Assembly: GCA_964648765.1 (NCBI GenBank)
Contig: CAZYLF010000002.1
Span: forward strand, 3,537 to 67,536
Source: an uncultured Candidatus Saccharibacteria bacterium
Lineage (GTDB): Bacteria > Patescibacteriota > Minisyncoccia > Phycocordibacterales > JACOZG01
Reading direction: 5' to 3'
Length of the DNA stretch: 64,000 nt
In this document: positions 55,010 through 63,793 of the stretch, one piece after another
How the letters are laid out: each line of letters starts with the position of its first letter
How positions within the stretch are numbered: the stretch's first letter is position 1
Translations under genes and position numbers: made by a program
The notes under the pieces: generated by a model
Databases searched by the model: none
Seen by the model: the letters and a program-made list of their open reading frames with translations, nothing else
What the model was told of the DNA's origin: nothing

Positions 55010-55044
55010 ATAGTTGATGTCAAGAGGAACCCTTGCTGTGGGTA

Positions 55045-55073
55045 TTGACAAGTTCTATTTGGAATGCTAGCAT
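55045..55073 (+). promoter_or_regulatory. promoter TTGACA-N17-tgcTAGCAT
   Basis: Consensus match. Confidence 0.5.
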
Positions 55074-55141
55074 CCAATAAGAGTTCCAGGGTCGTCCTGA
55101 GAACAATTTAACCCGCAGGATGCTCACGAAAGGAGCGCAAG

Positions 55142-55657
55142 ATGGGTAGTATATTGTCGCAGGTGTTGTTGGCACACAAGTTCATGCCAGTTCAGGGTAC
55201 AACCGAGAAGGTTGGAGTAGAAAAAAAGACAGTCTCGAAAGGTGCCCCGTTTACTTGGGACACCAACAACGGTGTGTCTGTGGTCTACGATGAGAATGGT
55301 CACCCTTGGATTGTGCGCGGAGAGTTCAATCCACGCCGCCTCTATATGAGCTATAAGGTTGATCTACTCACGCGAGGTGCATACGTCCCACACTCGAACG
55401 ATGGCGGGCAATACATCCAGATGATTGCCAGGACGGAAGAAGGGACTACACCATCACCCGCGAGAAAAATGAAAAGTCTATCTATCGTACTTGCCAAGAT
55501 TCTGGCTCGGGCAGAAAAGGTTGCAAACACTACAACCTCGGGTGGAGATAACCACATAGGAAAAATCATGGACCTGTGTGAACTCGGCCAATCAATTTGT
55601 TCCGAGAAAGACGAGGCTCATTTCCTGGAAGATCTTAATAAACTGATTTTGATCTGA
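55142..55657 (+). CDS. hypothetical protein, 171 aa
   Basis: RBS aaaggagcg. Confidence 0.5.
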   Translation: MGSILSQVLLAHKFMPVQGTTEKVGVEKKTVSKGAPFTWDTNNGVSVVYDENGHPWIVRGEFNPRRLYMSYKVDLLTRGAYVPHSNDGGQYIQMIARTEEGTTPSPARKMKSLSIVLAKILARAEKVANTTTSGGDNHIGKIMDLCELGQSICSEKDEAHFLEDLNKLILI

Positions 55658-55661
55658 AAAA

Positions 55662-55696
55662 GTTCAAAAGTGGGGCGATCAAAAATGATCGCCCCT
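55662..55696 (+). terminator. rho-independent terminator
   Basis: ggggcgatcaaaaatgatcgcccc hairpin plus T-rich tail. Confidence 0.7.
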
Positions 55697-55703
55697 TTCC
55701 TTT

Positions 55704-55768
55704 TTCATAAAACCCTGATTTCCCGCCCACTTTAGCATTTCTGGTGATGGGTTTCCAGCCGGTTGACA
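55704..55768. repeat. ~65-bp repeated promoter-region element, copy 1 (partner 56685-56744)
   Basis: ttttcataaaaccctgatttcccgcccactttagcatttctggtgatgggtttccagccggttgaca. Confidence 0.7.
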
Positions 55769-55790
55769 GGATGTATTTCCATGCTAGTTT
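55763..55790 (+). promoter_or_regulatory. promoter TTGACA-N16-tgcTAGTTT
   Basis: Consensus match. Confidence 0.5.
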
Positions 55791-55846
55791 GACATAAGTC
55801 TTGGAGACAATTGGGTCTCCAAACTTGAAAACAAAGGAGAAGTGGA

Positions 55847-56164
55847 ATGGCAAAAGAAAATGGGGTTCGCCCGATTACACCTGATGAGGTCGCATCCGTG
55901 AAGGAGAATATTCTACCAGATGCGATGATTGAGGCGTTCAATGAGATGATCGCTCGGCGTTGGAGTGGTGGTAAGTCCAAGTTTGCGTCGCATGAAATTG
56001 TAAGTCTAATGAAAGAAAAAGGACTTTCTGATGATGATATAAGCAATAATCGCTGGCGTGGTGTGCTCGATGTTTTTGAGAAGCATGGCTGGGATGTGGA
56101 GACTGACACCCCGTCATGGGACGAGAACGGCGAAGAAACGTTAACCTTCCGTAGAAAAAAATAG
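55847..56164 (+). CDS. hypothetical protein, 105 aa
   Basis: RBS aaaggagaag. Confidence 0.5.
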   Translation: MAKENGVRPITPDEVASVKENILPDAMIEAFNEMIARRWSGGKSKFASHEIVSLMKEKGLSDDDISNNRWRGVLDVFEKHGWDVETDTPSWDENGEETLTFRRKK

Positions 56165-56187
56165 TCTCGCTCTACCGCGGGGCAAAA

Positions 56188-56220
56188 AGCCGCTCTTGGG
56201 TTGAGAGCGGTTTTTCTTTT
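56188..56220 (+). terminator. rho-independent terminator
   Basis: agccgctct-tgggttg-agagcggtt hairpin plus T-run. Confidence 0.65.
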
Positions 56221-56257
56221 TCATATTTGATGTCAAGGTTACACCTTGCTAGAACTA

Positions 56258-56692
56258 CTATCCTGGATTAACTAGTAAATACGCGATTCCGACAGGAATT
56301 AGATACATTGATTGTATAATCCTGTCAGTGTCCTTTTTTCTGTATTCATTTCTGTCCCCACCGTTGTTTACATTTCCACCAATATAAAATTCCTCGCGTC
56401 TTTCAGGAGAAAAATAGTCTTTATCTGATTGATAAACACCAGCTCCTAAATATACACTAAATGAAAAAAATATTAATCCAAAAATAGCAAAGATTCTAGT
56501 AAAAAATTCTTGGTTAGTGAGAAAGACATAAAGAGGAAAAATAAAAAATAAAAAAATAAAAATTGCCGGAAATACTATAAATACAAGCGATACTTCTAGA
56601 TCATAGACTTTCATCAAAATAAGCCCGTAAGAAGAATATAGGATAGCTCCAGTTAGAAGAAGAATGGGGGTTACAAATTTTTTCATAACCAT
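56258..56692 (-). CDS. membrane protein, 144 aa
   Basis: Four TM helices, with a Gly/Asn-rich loop. Confidence 0.5.
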   Translation of the reverse strand: MVMKKFVTPILLLTGAILYSSYGLILMKVYDLEVSLVFIVFPAIFIFLFFIFPLYVFLTNQEFFTRIFAIFGLIFFSFSVYLGAGVYQSDKDYFSPERREEFYIGGNVNNGGDRNEYRKKDTDRIIQSMYLIPVGIAYLLVNPG

Positions 56693-56744
56693 TATTTTCC
56701 ACCCATTTTAGCATTTTTGGTGATGGGTTTCGAGTTGGTTGACA
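56685..56744. repeat. ~65-bp repeated promoter-region element, copy 2
   Basis: ttttcataaccattattttccacccattttagcatttttggtgatgggtttcgagttggttgaca. Confidence 0.7.
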
Positions 56745-56767
56745 AATATGTACTTATATGATAAGAT
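56739..56767 (+). promoter_or_regulatory. promoter TTGACA-N17-TAAGAT
   Basis: Consensus match. Confidence 0.5.
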
Positions 56768-56832
56768 TACAGAGGAGACGGAGCTAATGTGGCTCAAAAT
56801 CAGTACATTTAAACCTAAAGAGGAGAAAACTC

Positions 56833-57621
56833 ATGTGCAAGGCGATATATTTTGCCGGTGTGGCTCTGGTTATTTATTGGGTGCTACTTCAGACGCAAAA
56901 CGACAAAAGAGCGAATGATACACCCGTATCTGCGACAGAATACCAGACTGAGAAGGCGTCTCATATTCGCGAGATCCCGCCAAAGTCAGGAGCAACTGAA
57001 GTTGGTTACCAGGCAGTGGTGCCCCAATGGAAGTGGGTTGAAGTCTTAAACGAAGAGCCTGTCGTTCAGCGTTTCAGAAACAGTAACTACGAACTGACCA
57101 CAGGCAGAAATTGCGGAATCGAATTCGGCGGCTTGGTCACAGTTAAAGAGGTGCTGGGAGACAACTTGCTCGTGGAATACACAGCTCCCGGAAATCCCCT
57201 AGGCACGCCATGTCCATCAGGAGTAAGATTCAACATGAGCACAACGGAGTTTGGTACGATGAGCGACCATTACGTTGTGATCCGCGACACCATTGAATCC
57301 GAGAAAGAATTGGTTAAGCGACTGCTTGCCCAAAATTTCTACGGTGAAAAGAAAGACGCGGGCAACTGGCACTGGATCGAGGTAGTAAACATTGACCCAG
57401 TCGTCCAGAATTATTCCAACGTCAACAGTTATCTCTCCTACGGTGACACGTGTGGTGCCGGGCGATCCGACCACGGAGATGACAGCTACACCATCGAGGG
57501 CGGAACTATCCAGGTCAGAGGTATGGAGGGCAGCATGGTACTCTACGAGTACACTGCTTATGGCAAACCATTGGGAACGCCATGTCCATCTGGAGTTCTC
57601 TTCTTCGGTGGAGTAAAGTAA
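56833..57621 (+). CDS. membrane-anchored/secreted protein made of two tandem homologous ~100-aa domains each ending …PLGTPCPSGV
   Basis: Repeat 1 is WKWVEVLNEEPVVQRF…GNPLGTPCPSGVRF. Repeat 2 is WHWIEVVNIDPVVQNY…GKPLGTPCPSGVLF. The RBS is agaggagaa. Confidence 0.6.
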   Translation: MCKAIYFAGVALVIYWVLLQTQNDKRANDTPVSATEYQTEKASHIREIPPKSGATEVGYQAVVPQWKWVEVLNEEPVVQRFRNSNYELTTGRNCGIEFGGLVTVKEVLGDNLLVEYTAPGNPLGTPCPSGVRFNMSTTEFGTMSDHYVVIRDTIESEKELVKRLLAQNFYGEKKDAGNWHWIEVVNIDPVVQNYSNVNSYLSYGDTCGAGRSDHGDDSYTIEGGTIQVRGMEGSMVLYEYTAYGKPLGTPCPSGVLFFGGVK

Positions 57622-57643
57622 ATAAAAAGGAAAGGGAAAACGA

Positions 57644-57676
57644 GAGGCAATCAAGGATGATTGCCTCTTTCTTTTT
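57644..57676 (+). terminator. rho-independent terminator
   Basis: gaggcaatcaaggatgattgcctc hairpin plus T-run. Confidence 0.7.
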
Positions 57677-57711
57677 GTAAATTTATATTTAACTTTTGCT
57701 ATACTGAAAAT

Positions 57712-58632
57712 ATGCAAAATCAAAAAATTGTTCCGCATTTGTGGTTTGATAAGGAGGCGAAGGAAGCGGCAGGGTTTTATGCGACGTTGTTTTCCGCCCA
57801 CGGCGAATCGAGTGTGGATAATGTGACCACGCTCCACGACACGCCGTCGGGTGACTGTGACATTGTGTCGTTTACTTTGGCTGGGCAAAAGTTTATGGCC
57901 ATCTCGGCCGGCCCGTACTTTAAGATCAATCCGTCCATTTCTTTTTTCGTTAACTTCGATCCATCACGTAACCCTAAGGCTGAAGAAGACTTGAACGCTT
58001 TGTGGGCCGGGCTCTCGGCGGGAGGCAAGGCGCTGATGCCGCTCGATAAATATCCATTTAGCCAGCGCTATGGTTGGATCCAAGATAAGTATGGCGTCTC
58101 GTGGCAATTAATGCTCACTGATCCGAGTGGCGAGCCGCGACCGTTTATTGTGCCATCACTGATGTTTACCCAAAGTGTGGCCAGCAAAGCAGAAGAAGCC
58201 ACGGATTTTTATTTATCTGTTTTTAAGAATAGTAAGAGGGGCGCGCTGGCGCGTTATCCGGCTGGCATGGCGCCCGACAAAGAAGGTACGCTGATGTTCA
58301 CCGACTTTATACTTGAGGGTCAGTGGTTTGCGGCGATGGACTCGGCTCACGCTCACGAATTTATTTTTACTGAAGCAGTTTCTCTGATCGTCAATTGTGA
58401 GGATCAAAAAGAGATTGATTATTATTGGGAAAAGTTGAGCGCCGTGCCGGAGAGTGAGCAATGCGGCTGGCTGAAGGATAAATACGGCGTCTCGTGGCAG
58501 ATCACCTCGCGCGCGATGGACGAGATGATGAAGAATGGTGACCAGGCCAAAATCAACCGCCTCACCCAATCGCTCCTCAAAATGAAGAAGATTGATATAG
58601 CTGAATTGGAGAAGGCTGCAGAGGGGAAGTAA
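57712..58632 (+). CDS. tandem two-domain VOC-superfamily protein (PhnB/3-demethylubiquinone-9 3-methyltransferase-like domains)
   Basis: [23 protein letters not shown] is the typical start of a PF06983-like domain; a second repeat follows at [10 protein letters not shown]…. The start is set at the ATG 6 nt after tgcTATACT (leaderless); the track start at 57661 lies inside the terminator. Confidence 0.65.
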   Translation: MQNQKIVPHLWFDKEAKEAAGFYATLFSAHGESSVDNVTTLHDTPSGDCDIVSFTLAGQKFMAISAGPYFKINPSISFFVNFDPSRNPKAEEDLNALWAGLSAGGKALMPLDKYPFSQRYGWIQDKYGVSWQLMLTDPSGEPRPFIVPSLMFTQSVASKAEEATDFYLSVFKNSKRGALARYPAGMAPDKEGTLMFTDFILEGQWFAAMDSAHAHEFIFTEAVSLIVNCEDQKEIDYYWEKLSAVPESEQCGWLKDKYGVSWQITSRAMDEMMKNGDQAKINRLTQSLLKMKKIDIAELEKAAEGK

Positions 58633-58778
58633 CCCTTGACAAATACATTTATATAAACTACAATCGAGAGCAGAAGCTCCTTGAATTTGGAGTCTCAATT
58701 TTAGCTGCAACTAGTCTCAATGTGAGTTAGTTGGAACAGCTAAATCTGTAAAAACGGTCAATTTAAAAGGAGAAAAAA

Positions 58779-59582
58779 ATGGCCGAACAACAGACCCCCA
58801 AGCTGATCGGGGTGTTAGCAGAACATCAGCAATACTTTGGGGCAATGTCGAAAGGTGACGCCCAGTGGGTCATCCAAAACACAGCCACAGCAATTGCCCT
58901 CTTTGTGAGCGCTGTTAAAATGCGAAACAAGGGCAAATCAATCATTGGTTCGCTAGTAAGAAATATTCAACAGAAATCGAAAAATATCTGGTGGACCGCT
59001 GTCGCTCATTCGGAAGAATATGCTAGCGCACTTAGGATGATGAAGGTAGATATCGATACCTTGAAAAACAAAAGAATGGTGATCAAAGTCACTACGACAA
59101 TAGGTGTCGTCTACCTCGTACCTGAACATACTTGCGGTTCCCCTTATGGTGGTGATTGGCAAATGATTCTGCAGGCCAGACTTGAGTACGGCGAGCAGAC
59201 CCAAATTGGCGGCGGTACAACCAGCGTTCACATCCTTGAGGATGAGATGTTCGCCGAGGTCATGCAGGCCATTGTAGAAAATAAAACAGAGATCGTATCT
59301 GAGCGCTGGAGATTTAATCAACCTGTCGCGAAACCAGCCACTCCTCCGTCCTCTGGAAACAATGATCTCACAGTAGTAAGCGAGGTTATCAGAGATTGGA
59401 GGAACGGTGCTGGTGTGGGGGTTGTTGTACCAACAATTTTGGGTATGCTTGAGCAATTAATGCGCGCATACCAGAATGATTTTTCGGCAGACAAAGCTAT
59501 GGAAGCACTTGGAGACTTATCCAAAACTGCGATGCAAATTCGAGAAAATATCTCGAAAGCTAAGTCAGTTGCTCAATCTTGA
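58779..59582 (+). CDS. hypothetical protein, 267 aa
   Basis: RBS aaaaggagaaaaaa. Confidence 0.5.
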   Translation: MAEQQTPKLIGVLAEHQQYFGAMSKGDAQWVIQNTATAIALFVSAVKMRNKGKSIIGSLVRNIQQKSKNIWWTAVAHSEEYASALRMMKVDIDTLKNKRMVIKVTTTIGVVYLVPEHTCGSPYGGDWQMILQARLEYGEQTQIGGGTTSVHILEDEMFAEVMQAIVENKTEIVSERWRFNQPVAKPATPPSSGNNDLTVVSEVIRDWRNGAGVGVVVPTILGMLEQLMRAYQNDFSADKAMEALGDLSKTAMQIRENISKAKSVAQS

Positions 59583-59597
59583 TTCAAATCCAACAAG

Positions 59598-59627
59598 GCC
59601 CCACCCACGGTGGGGCCTTTAATTTTG
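59598..59627 (+). terminator. rho-independent terminator
   Basis: ggccccacccacggtggggcc hairpin plus T-rich tail. Confidence 0.65.
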
Positions 59628-59739
59628 TAAAACCACGAAGAAGTAATTTGACTCCCCAACTAATTTGGCGTAGTTTGGATGTGGATGATTGATGCCTGAC
59701 GACATCAACAAATGACCTTTGTTTTGGGAGGAAATAGTC

Positions 59740-59934
59740 ATGTCAGAAAGATCCAAAACTAAAGTGAACTTCAAGGCAGTCGCAGCAATGGTGATACTGC
59801 TTGGAATCGGCTTTATTGGTGGCGCAATGTGGTGTCTGTTTTATATCCAAAGTTCGCTAGGTCCAAACTATGACCACAACCCCGAAAACAATGTTTCCAC
59901 AGCCGAAGCCATGAAAAATCTGGAGAAACTGTGA
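59740..59934 (+). CDS. small membrane protein, 64 aa
   Basis: RBS gggagg; the start is set at MSERSK. Confidence 0.45.
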   Translation: MSERSKTKVNFKAVAAMVILLGIGFIGGAMWCLFYIQSSLGPNYDHNPENNVSTAEAMKNLEKL

Positions 59935-59940
59935 TCACCA

Positions 59941-59996
59941 CCCCGCGACGTCGTCGCGGGGTTTTTGTTTGTGAAAAAGTAAGAAAAATGGTAGTA
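59941..59996 (+). repeat. terminator–promoter module copy 1 (CCCCGCGACGTCGTCGCGGGG hairpin + tttgtttgtgaaaaagtaagaaaaatggTAGTAA)
   Basis: Near-identical to 61347-61397; the hairpin alone recurs at 60561-60582. Confidence 0.75.
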
Positions 59997-60109
59997 AGAG
60001 GGTTGGAGAACCTTGTCCAATTTGGAGAAAAAAGATGGGAAGAAAGAGGAGTCCAAGAAAGATGTTCCGTATTCCATACTATTTTTAATGAAGTCAGAAG
60101 GAGAATCTG

Positions 60110-60544
60110 ATGAAGATTAAAGTTCGTGAGATGAAGCTTTCGGATTGGGAGGGTGGGTTACGGGATGTATTGGCCAACCTAAGCACAGTAGAGAGAATTC
60201 CAAAAAGGAAGTACGAGCAGATCTTTAAGGATCGTCGTAAAACTGGTCACCACACTTTTGTGGCAGAAGTAGATGGACAGATTGTGGGTACAGCCACGCT
60301 CATTGTGGGCTACAAATTACTCCGAGGTGGAGTACGATCCGGACGAGTGTCTGATGTGGCCACGCATCCCAATTGGCAGCGGCGAGGTGTTGGCCGAGCT
60401 CTAATGAAGAAGATCATTAAAGTTGCCAAAGCTCAAAACTGCTACAAGTTGACTCTTAATTGCCAAGAGAAGAACGTTGAGTTTTATGAGAATTTTGGCT
60501 TCACACGACACGAAGTGTCTATGAGGAATTGCTCCATTAAATGA
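60110..60544 (+). CDS. GNAT family N-acetyltransferase
   Basis: Motif A QRRGVGRALMKKI; RBS gaaggag. Confidence 0.7.
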   Translation: MKIKVREMKLSDWEGGLRDVLANLSTVERIPKRKYEQIFKDRRKTGHHTFVAEVDGQIVGTATLIVGYKLLRGGVRSGRVSDVATHPNWQRRGVGRALMKKIIKVAKAQNCYKLTLNCQEKNVEFYENFGFTRHEVSMRNCSIK

Positions 60545-60560
60545 TCGTTCATTTACCACA

Positions 60561-60590
60561 CCCCGCGACGTACGTCGCGGGGTTTTTTCT
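60561..60590 (+). terminator. rho-independent terminator
   Basis: ccccgcgacgtacgtcgcgggg hairpin plus T-run. Confidence 0.8.
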
Positions 60591-60657
60591 TGCTCATAAT
60601 TGCGCAAAATGCTAGTACATAATTAGTTATTTAGGACAAAACATAGGAGGTATTGAA

Positions 60658-61332
60658 ATGAGTAGACCGAAAATTTTGGTTTTGGCTTCTGGCACAGCAG
60701 AAGGTGGTGGTTCAGGATTTGAAAATTTAGTAAAAGCTTCTCGTGGTGGAGTTCTGGAAGCTGAAATTGTGGCGGTGGTATCTAATTATCAAAGTGGAGG
60801 AGTGAGAATGCGGGCCAACAAGCTTGGCATCCCTTTTATCCACTTTCCGGCCCCTTGGGACGCAACAAGTTATCAGAATTTGGCCCAGGAATCTGGAGCA
60901 GAATTTTTTGCCAGTTCAGGCTGGTTAAAGTTGATTACTGGACTTGATCCAAACACCAACTTTAATTCGCAAACCGTCTTCAATATCCATCCAGCTCCCC
61001 TGCCACAATTTGGTGGGAGAGGTTTCTTTGGTCAACATGTCCACGAGCGAGTCCTGGCCGCATTCCGTGAGCGTCAGATTTCACACTCTGCGGTATGCAT
61101 GCACTTTGTGACTGGTGAGTATGATCTTGGGCCAATCTTTTTTCATTGCCCGGTTGAGATTAAGGAAGATGACACGCCAAGTACGCTACAAGCTCGAGTT
61201 AACCGAATCGAGCACATTTATCAGCCAGCGGTCACCAATATGGTGGTTAATGGTTCGATCAAATGGGATGGTGTTAATCCCCAATCACTGGCCCTCCCAC
61301 GAGACTACTCAATCAGTCGAGAAATTTGCTAA
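60658..61332 (+). CDS. formyltransferase-domain protein (PurN/Fmt-like)
   Basis: N-terminal KILVLASG…, and the FNIHPAPLPQFGGRG formyl-transferase active-site motif (N…H…D). Confidence 0.65.
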   Translation: MSRPKILVLASGTAEGGGSGFENLVKASRGGVLEAEIVAVVSNYQSGGVRMRANKLGIPFIHFPAPWDATSYQNLAQESGAEFFASSGWLKLITGLDPNTNFNSQTVFNIHPAPLPQFGGRGFFGQHVHERVLAAFRERQISHSAVCMHFVTGEYDLGPIFFHCPVEIKEDDTPSTLQARVNRIEHIYQPAVTNMVVNGSIKWDGVNPQSLALPRDYSISREIC

Positions 61333-61346
61333 AGTTTTATCCCCCA

Positions 61347-61397
61347 CCCCGCGACGTACGTCGCGGGGTTTTTGTTTGTGAAAAAGTGAGAAAAATG
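61347..61397 (+). repeat. terminator–promoter module copy 2
   Basis: ccccgcgacgtacgtcgcggggtttttgtttgtgaaaaagtgagaaaaatggtagttaa. Confidence 0.75.
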
Positions 61398-61450
61398 GTA
61401 GTTAATAGTTAGAGTTAATTGAACAATGGACATTAATAAGGAGATCGATC

Positions 61451-61822
61451 ATGTTGCCAGTAATCAAGGTTTGGGGTTTGGACGGAAAACAATCTGAAGA
61501 TGACCTGAGGATACTACATCAGAAAATTGTTGCGGCAGTGGTGGGTGTGAGCGAACTAGAATGCAAAGATGAGAACGATATGACGGTTCTCTTCCCCACT
61601 GATCTGATGAAGTACGGTCAGGGTCAAGAAATTATTGTTGAAATTTCTGGCCTTTTTGGAAAAAATGCCCAGAAGCAATGGGTACAAAATCGCCTAGCCA
61701 GAGACGTTGGAATCACAATTGCTTCCCTTTATTCTGAAGCCTGCGTGGATGTAATGGTTCAACTACCACTTACATCCCAGCTTGGGTTTTGGTCTAACAT
61801 CAACTACTCGTGGCCCCCGTGA
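61451..61822 (+). CDS. hypothetical protein, 123 aa
   Basis: RBS taaggagat. Confidence 0.5.
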   Translation: MLPVIKVWGLDGKQSEDDLRILHQKIVAAVVGVSELECKDENDMTVLFPTDLMKYGQGQEIIVEISGLFGKNAQKQWVQNRLARDVGITIASLYSEACVDVMVQLPLTSQLGFWSNINYSWPP

Positions 61823-61868
61823 TGACGCCGAAGGAGTAAACAAGATCACCAAACAAGGAGATAAGTTT

Positions 61869-62330
61869 ATGAATGGGAGAGTTGAGGCAATCTGCATCTG
61901 CGCAGTGGCAGGTGCTCCAATGCAACTAGTTTCAAAGGTTGAAGCCATTGTAGGTCAAGGGTTAATGGGCGACAGATACGCCACTGGCGAAGGTAGCTTT
62001 AACAAAGGGAAACCAGGAGAACGCCAAGTGACGTTGATCAACGAAATATTTTTTGCAGGTAGCGGCTTTGGGTACGCCGACAGTCGACGCAACATTGTAA
62101 CAAGTGGTGTTGAATTGGTGTGGCTAATCGGGAGAAATTTTGAAATTGGTAATGCTCGATTCCGAGGTGTGAAATACTGCGATCCCTGCACTCGCCCGAG
62201 CAAGTTGGCCGGTAAACAAAAAAGTTTTAGAGAGACCTTCTTTGATCGCGGAGGAATTATTGCAGAAGTCATCGAGGGTGGTCTGATTAAACAAGGAGAC
62301 TTGATCATCCCACCGACAAAAGGGTATTAA
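61869..62330 (+). CDS. MOSC domain-containing protein
   Basis: MOSC pattern with the conserved Cys (…GVKYCDPCTRPS…). The start is set at MNGRVE after the caaggag RBS. Confidence 0.6.
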   Translation: MNGRVEAICICAVAGAPMQLVSKVEAIVGQGLMGDRYATGEGSFNKGKPGERQVTLINEIFFAGSGFGYADSRRNIVTSGVELVWLIGRNFEIGNARFRGVKYCDPCTRPSKLAGKQKSFRETFFDRGGIIAEVIEGGLIKQGDLIIPPTKGY

Positions 62331-62336
62331 CGCCCA

Positions 62337-62366
62337 CCCCGCACCACAATGGTGCGGGGCTTTTTA
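62337..62366 (+). terminator. rho-independent terminator
   Basis: ccccgcaccacaatggtgcgggg hairpin plus T-run. Confidence 0.75.
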
Positions 62367-62450
62367 TATTCAGATTTTAACAATGGTAATAATTTTAATC
62401 ACCAAACGGCATAGGATATAGCTAGTTTAATAAAAAAATAATAAATATAT

Positions 62451-62681
62451 ATGACAACAATAATCAACACACCGCCAACAACAAATGTAACCCACGAGAA
62501 TGCAGATTCTGGTTTAGGAGTATTACTCGGGGTAATAATCGGCATTATTGCGATTGTGCTTTTCTTTGTTTACGCCTTTCCTCAAGCTCGCATAAACACT
62601 ACACCAGAAACAAACAACGTAGATTTTAATGTAACCGTTCCTACCCCAGCCCCAATCGCTCCCATTACCAACACAAACTAA
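62451..62681 (+). CDS. small membrane protein, 76 aa
   Basis: Single TM helix; A/T-rich context. Confidence 0.4.
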   Translation: MTTIINTPPTTNVTHENADSGLGVLLGVIIGIIAIVLFFVYAFPQARINTTPETNNVDFNVTVPTPAPIAPITNTN

Positions 62682-62735
62682 ATAATACCCACTTGCTATT
62701 TTGTCGGTCAATTTTGATCATGCTATAATTTAGAC

Positions 62736-63719
62736 ATGAAAAAATTAACATTATCTTTAATCGTTTTGGCGGGACTTGGTTTGGGATTTATTTCAACTGA
62801 AAAAGTTGATGCTCAAACTCCTCCCACCTGCGACTTTACGAGAGATTTAGATGTGGGTGACACTGGTGAGGATGTGCTTTGTTTACAAAAGTTTTTAAAC
62901 GCGGGTGGCTTTATCATTACCAGCACTGGCGCTGGCTCGCCCGGTAATGAAACTGACCTTTTTGGCACACTTACTAAAGAAGCTTTGGCCAAATGGCAAA
63001 CCGCTCAGGGGCTCTCCCCTGCTAGCGGTTACTTTGGTCCTAAGTCACGTGCGACCTACAAAACTCCCGGCACGCCGGCCGTAAATCCTGCTTCCCCTTC
63101 AACAGCCACTCCAGGGATGCCATCAATTCAAGAAGTTGTAGCCAAATTAAGTGAATACGCTGACTTAATTAAAAAGCTCCAAGATGAAAATGCCGAGCTA
63201 AAACAAAATACGAGCCAAGGCAGTGGCAACGACACCGTAAGAGAGATGCTAAAAGATGCTCACAATATGGTTGAGGATGCTGAAGATGCAATCGACGACG
63301 CAGAGGACGATGGTGAGGATGTGAGCGAAGATAAGGACAATCTGAGCGATGCAGAAGAAGAAATTTCTGATGGTCTTATCGCTTTCATTGAAGAAGATTA
63401 TGTGAAGGCTGAAAGTCATGCTGAGGACGCAATTGAGGCACTTGAGGATATTATTAGTGACTTAGGCGGCGATGAAGAGGACGCTCAAGACGCCCTTGAT
63501 GATGCTGAAGAAGCTATTGATGATGCTAAAGATGAAATCAATGAAGCCGATGACGACGATGATGATGTAGATGAGGCTGAAGATTTACTCGACGATGCGG
63601 AAGATAAATTTGAAGATGCGGAAGATGCCTTTGATGATGAGGACTTCGACGACGCTATCGAGCTTGCTGAAGAGGCTCAAGACCTTGCCGAACAAGCTGT
63701 GGACGCCATCGGGAATTAG
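62736..63719 (+). CDS. secreted peptidoglycan-binding-domain protein with long poly-acidic (D/E-rich) C-terminal tail
   Basis: Signal peptide, then a PG_binding_1-like segment (DVGDTGEDVLCLQKFLN…GYFGPKSRATY), then ~170 aa that are >50% D/E. Confidence 0.65.
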   Translation: MKKLTLSLIVLAGLGLGFISTEKVDAQTPPTCDFTRDLDVGDTGEDVLCLQKFLNAGGFIITSTGAGSPGNETDLFGTLTKEALAKWQTAQGLSPASGYFGPKSRATYKTPGTPAVNPASPSTATPGMPSIQEVVAKLSEYADLIKKLQDENAELKQNTSQGSGNDTVREMLKDAHNMVEDAEDAIDDAEDDGEDVSEDKDNLSDAEEEISDGLIAFIEEDYVKAESHAEDAIEALEDIISDLGGDEEDAQDALDDAEEAIDDAKDEINEADDDDDDVDEAEDLLDDAEDKFEDAEDAFDDEDFDDAIELAEEAQDLAEQAVDAIGN

Positions 63720-63744
63720 TTAATAATTTATTTTAAAACAACAA

Positions 63745-63775
63745 TGCTCCAATCCGGGGCATTTTTGTTTTATTA
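63745..63775 (+). terminator. rho-independent terminator
   Basis: atgctccaatccggggcat hairpin plus T-run. Confidence 0.55.
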
Positions 63776-63793
63776 AACTGCTATAATAATCTA

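Noticed and set aside
57217-57888. 223-aa minus-strand ORF
   Set aside because: It is antisense to the tandem-domain secreted protein and the VOC gene and spans their intergenic terminator, which is incompatible with a single transcript.
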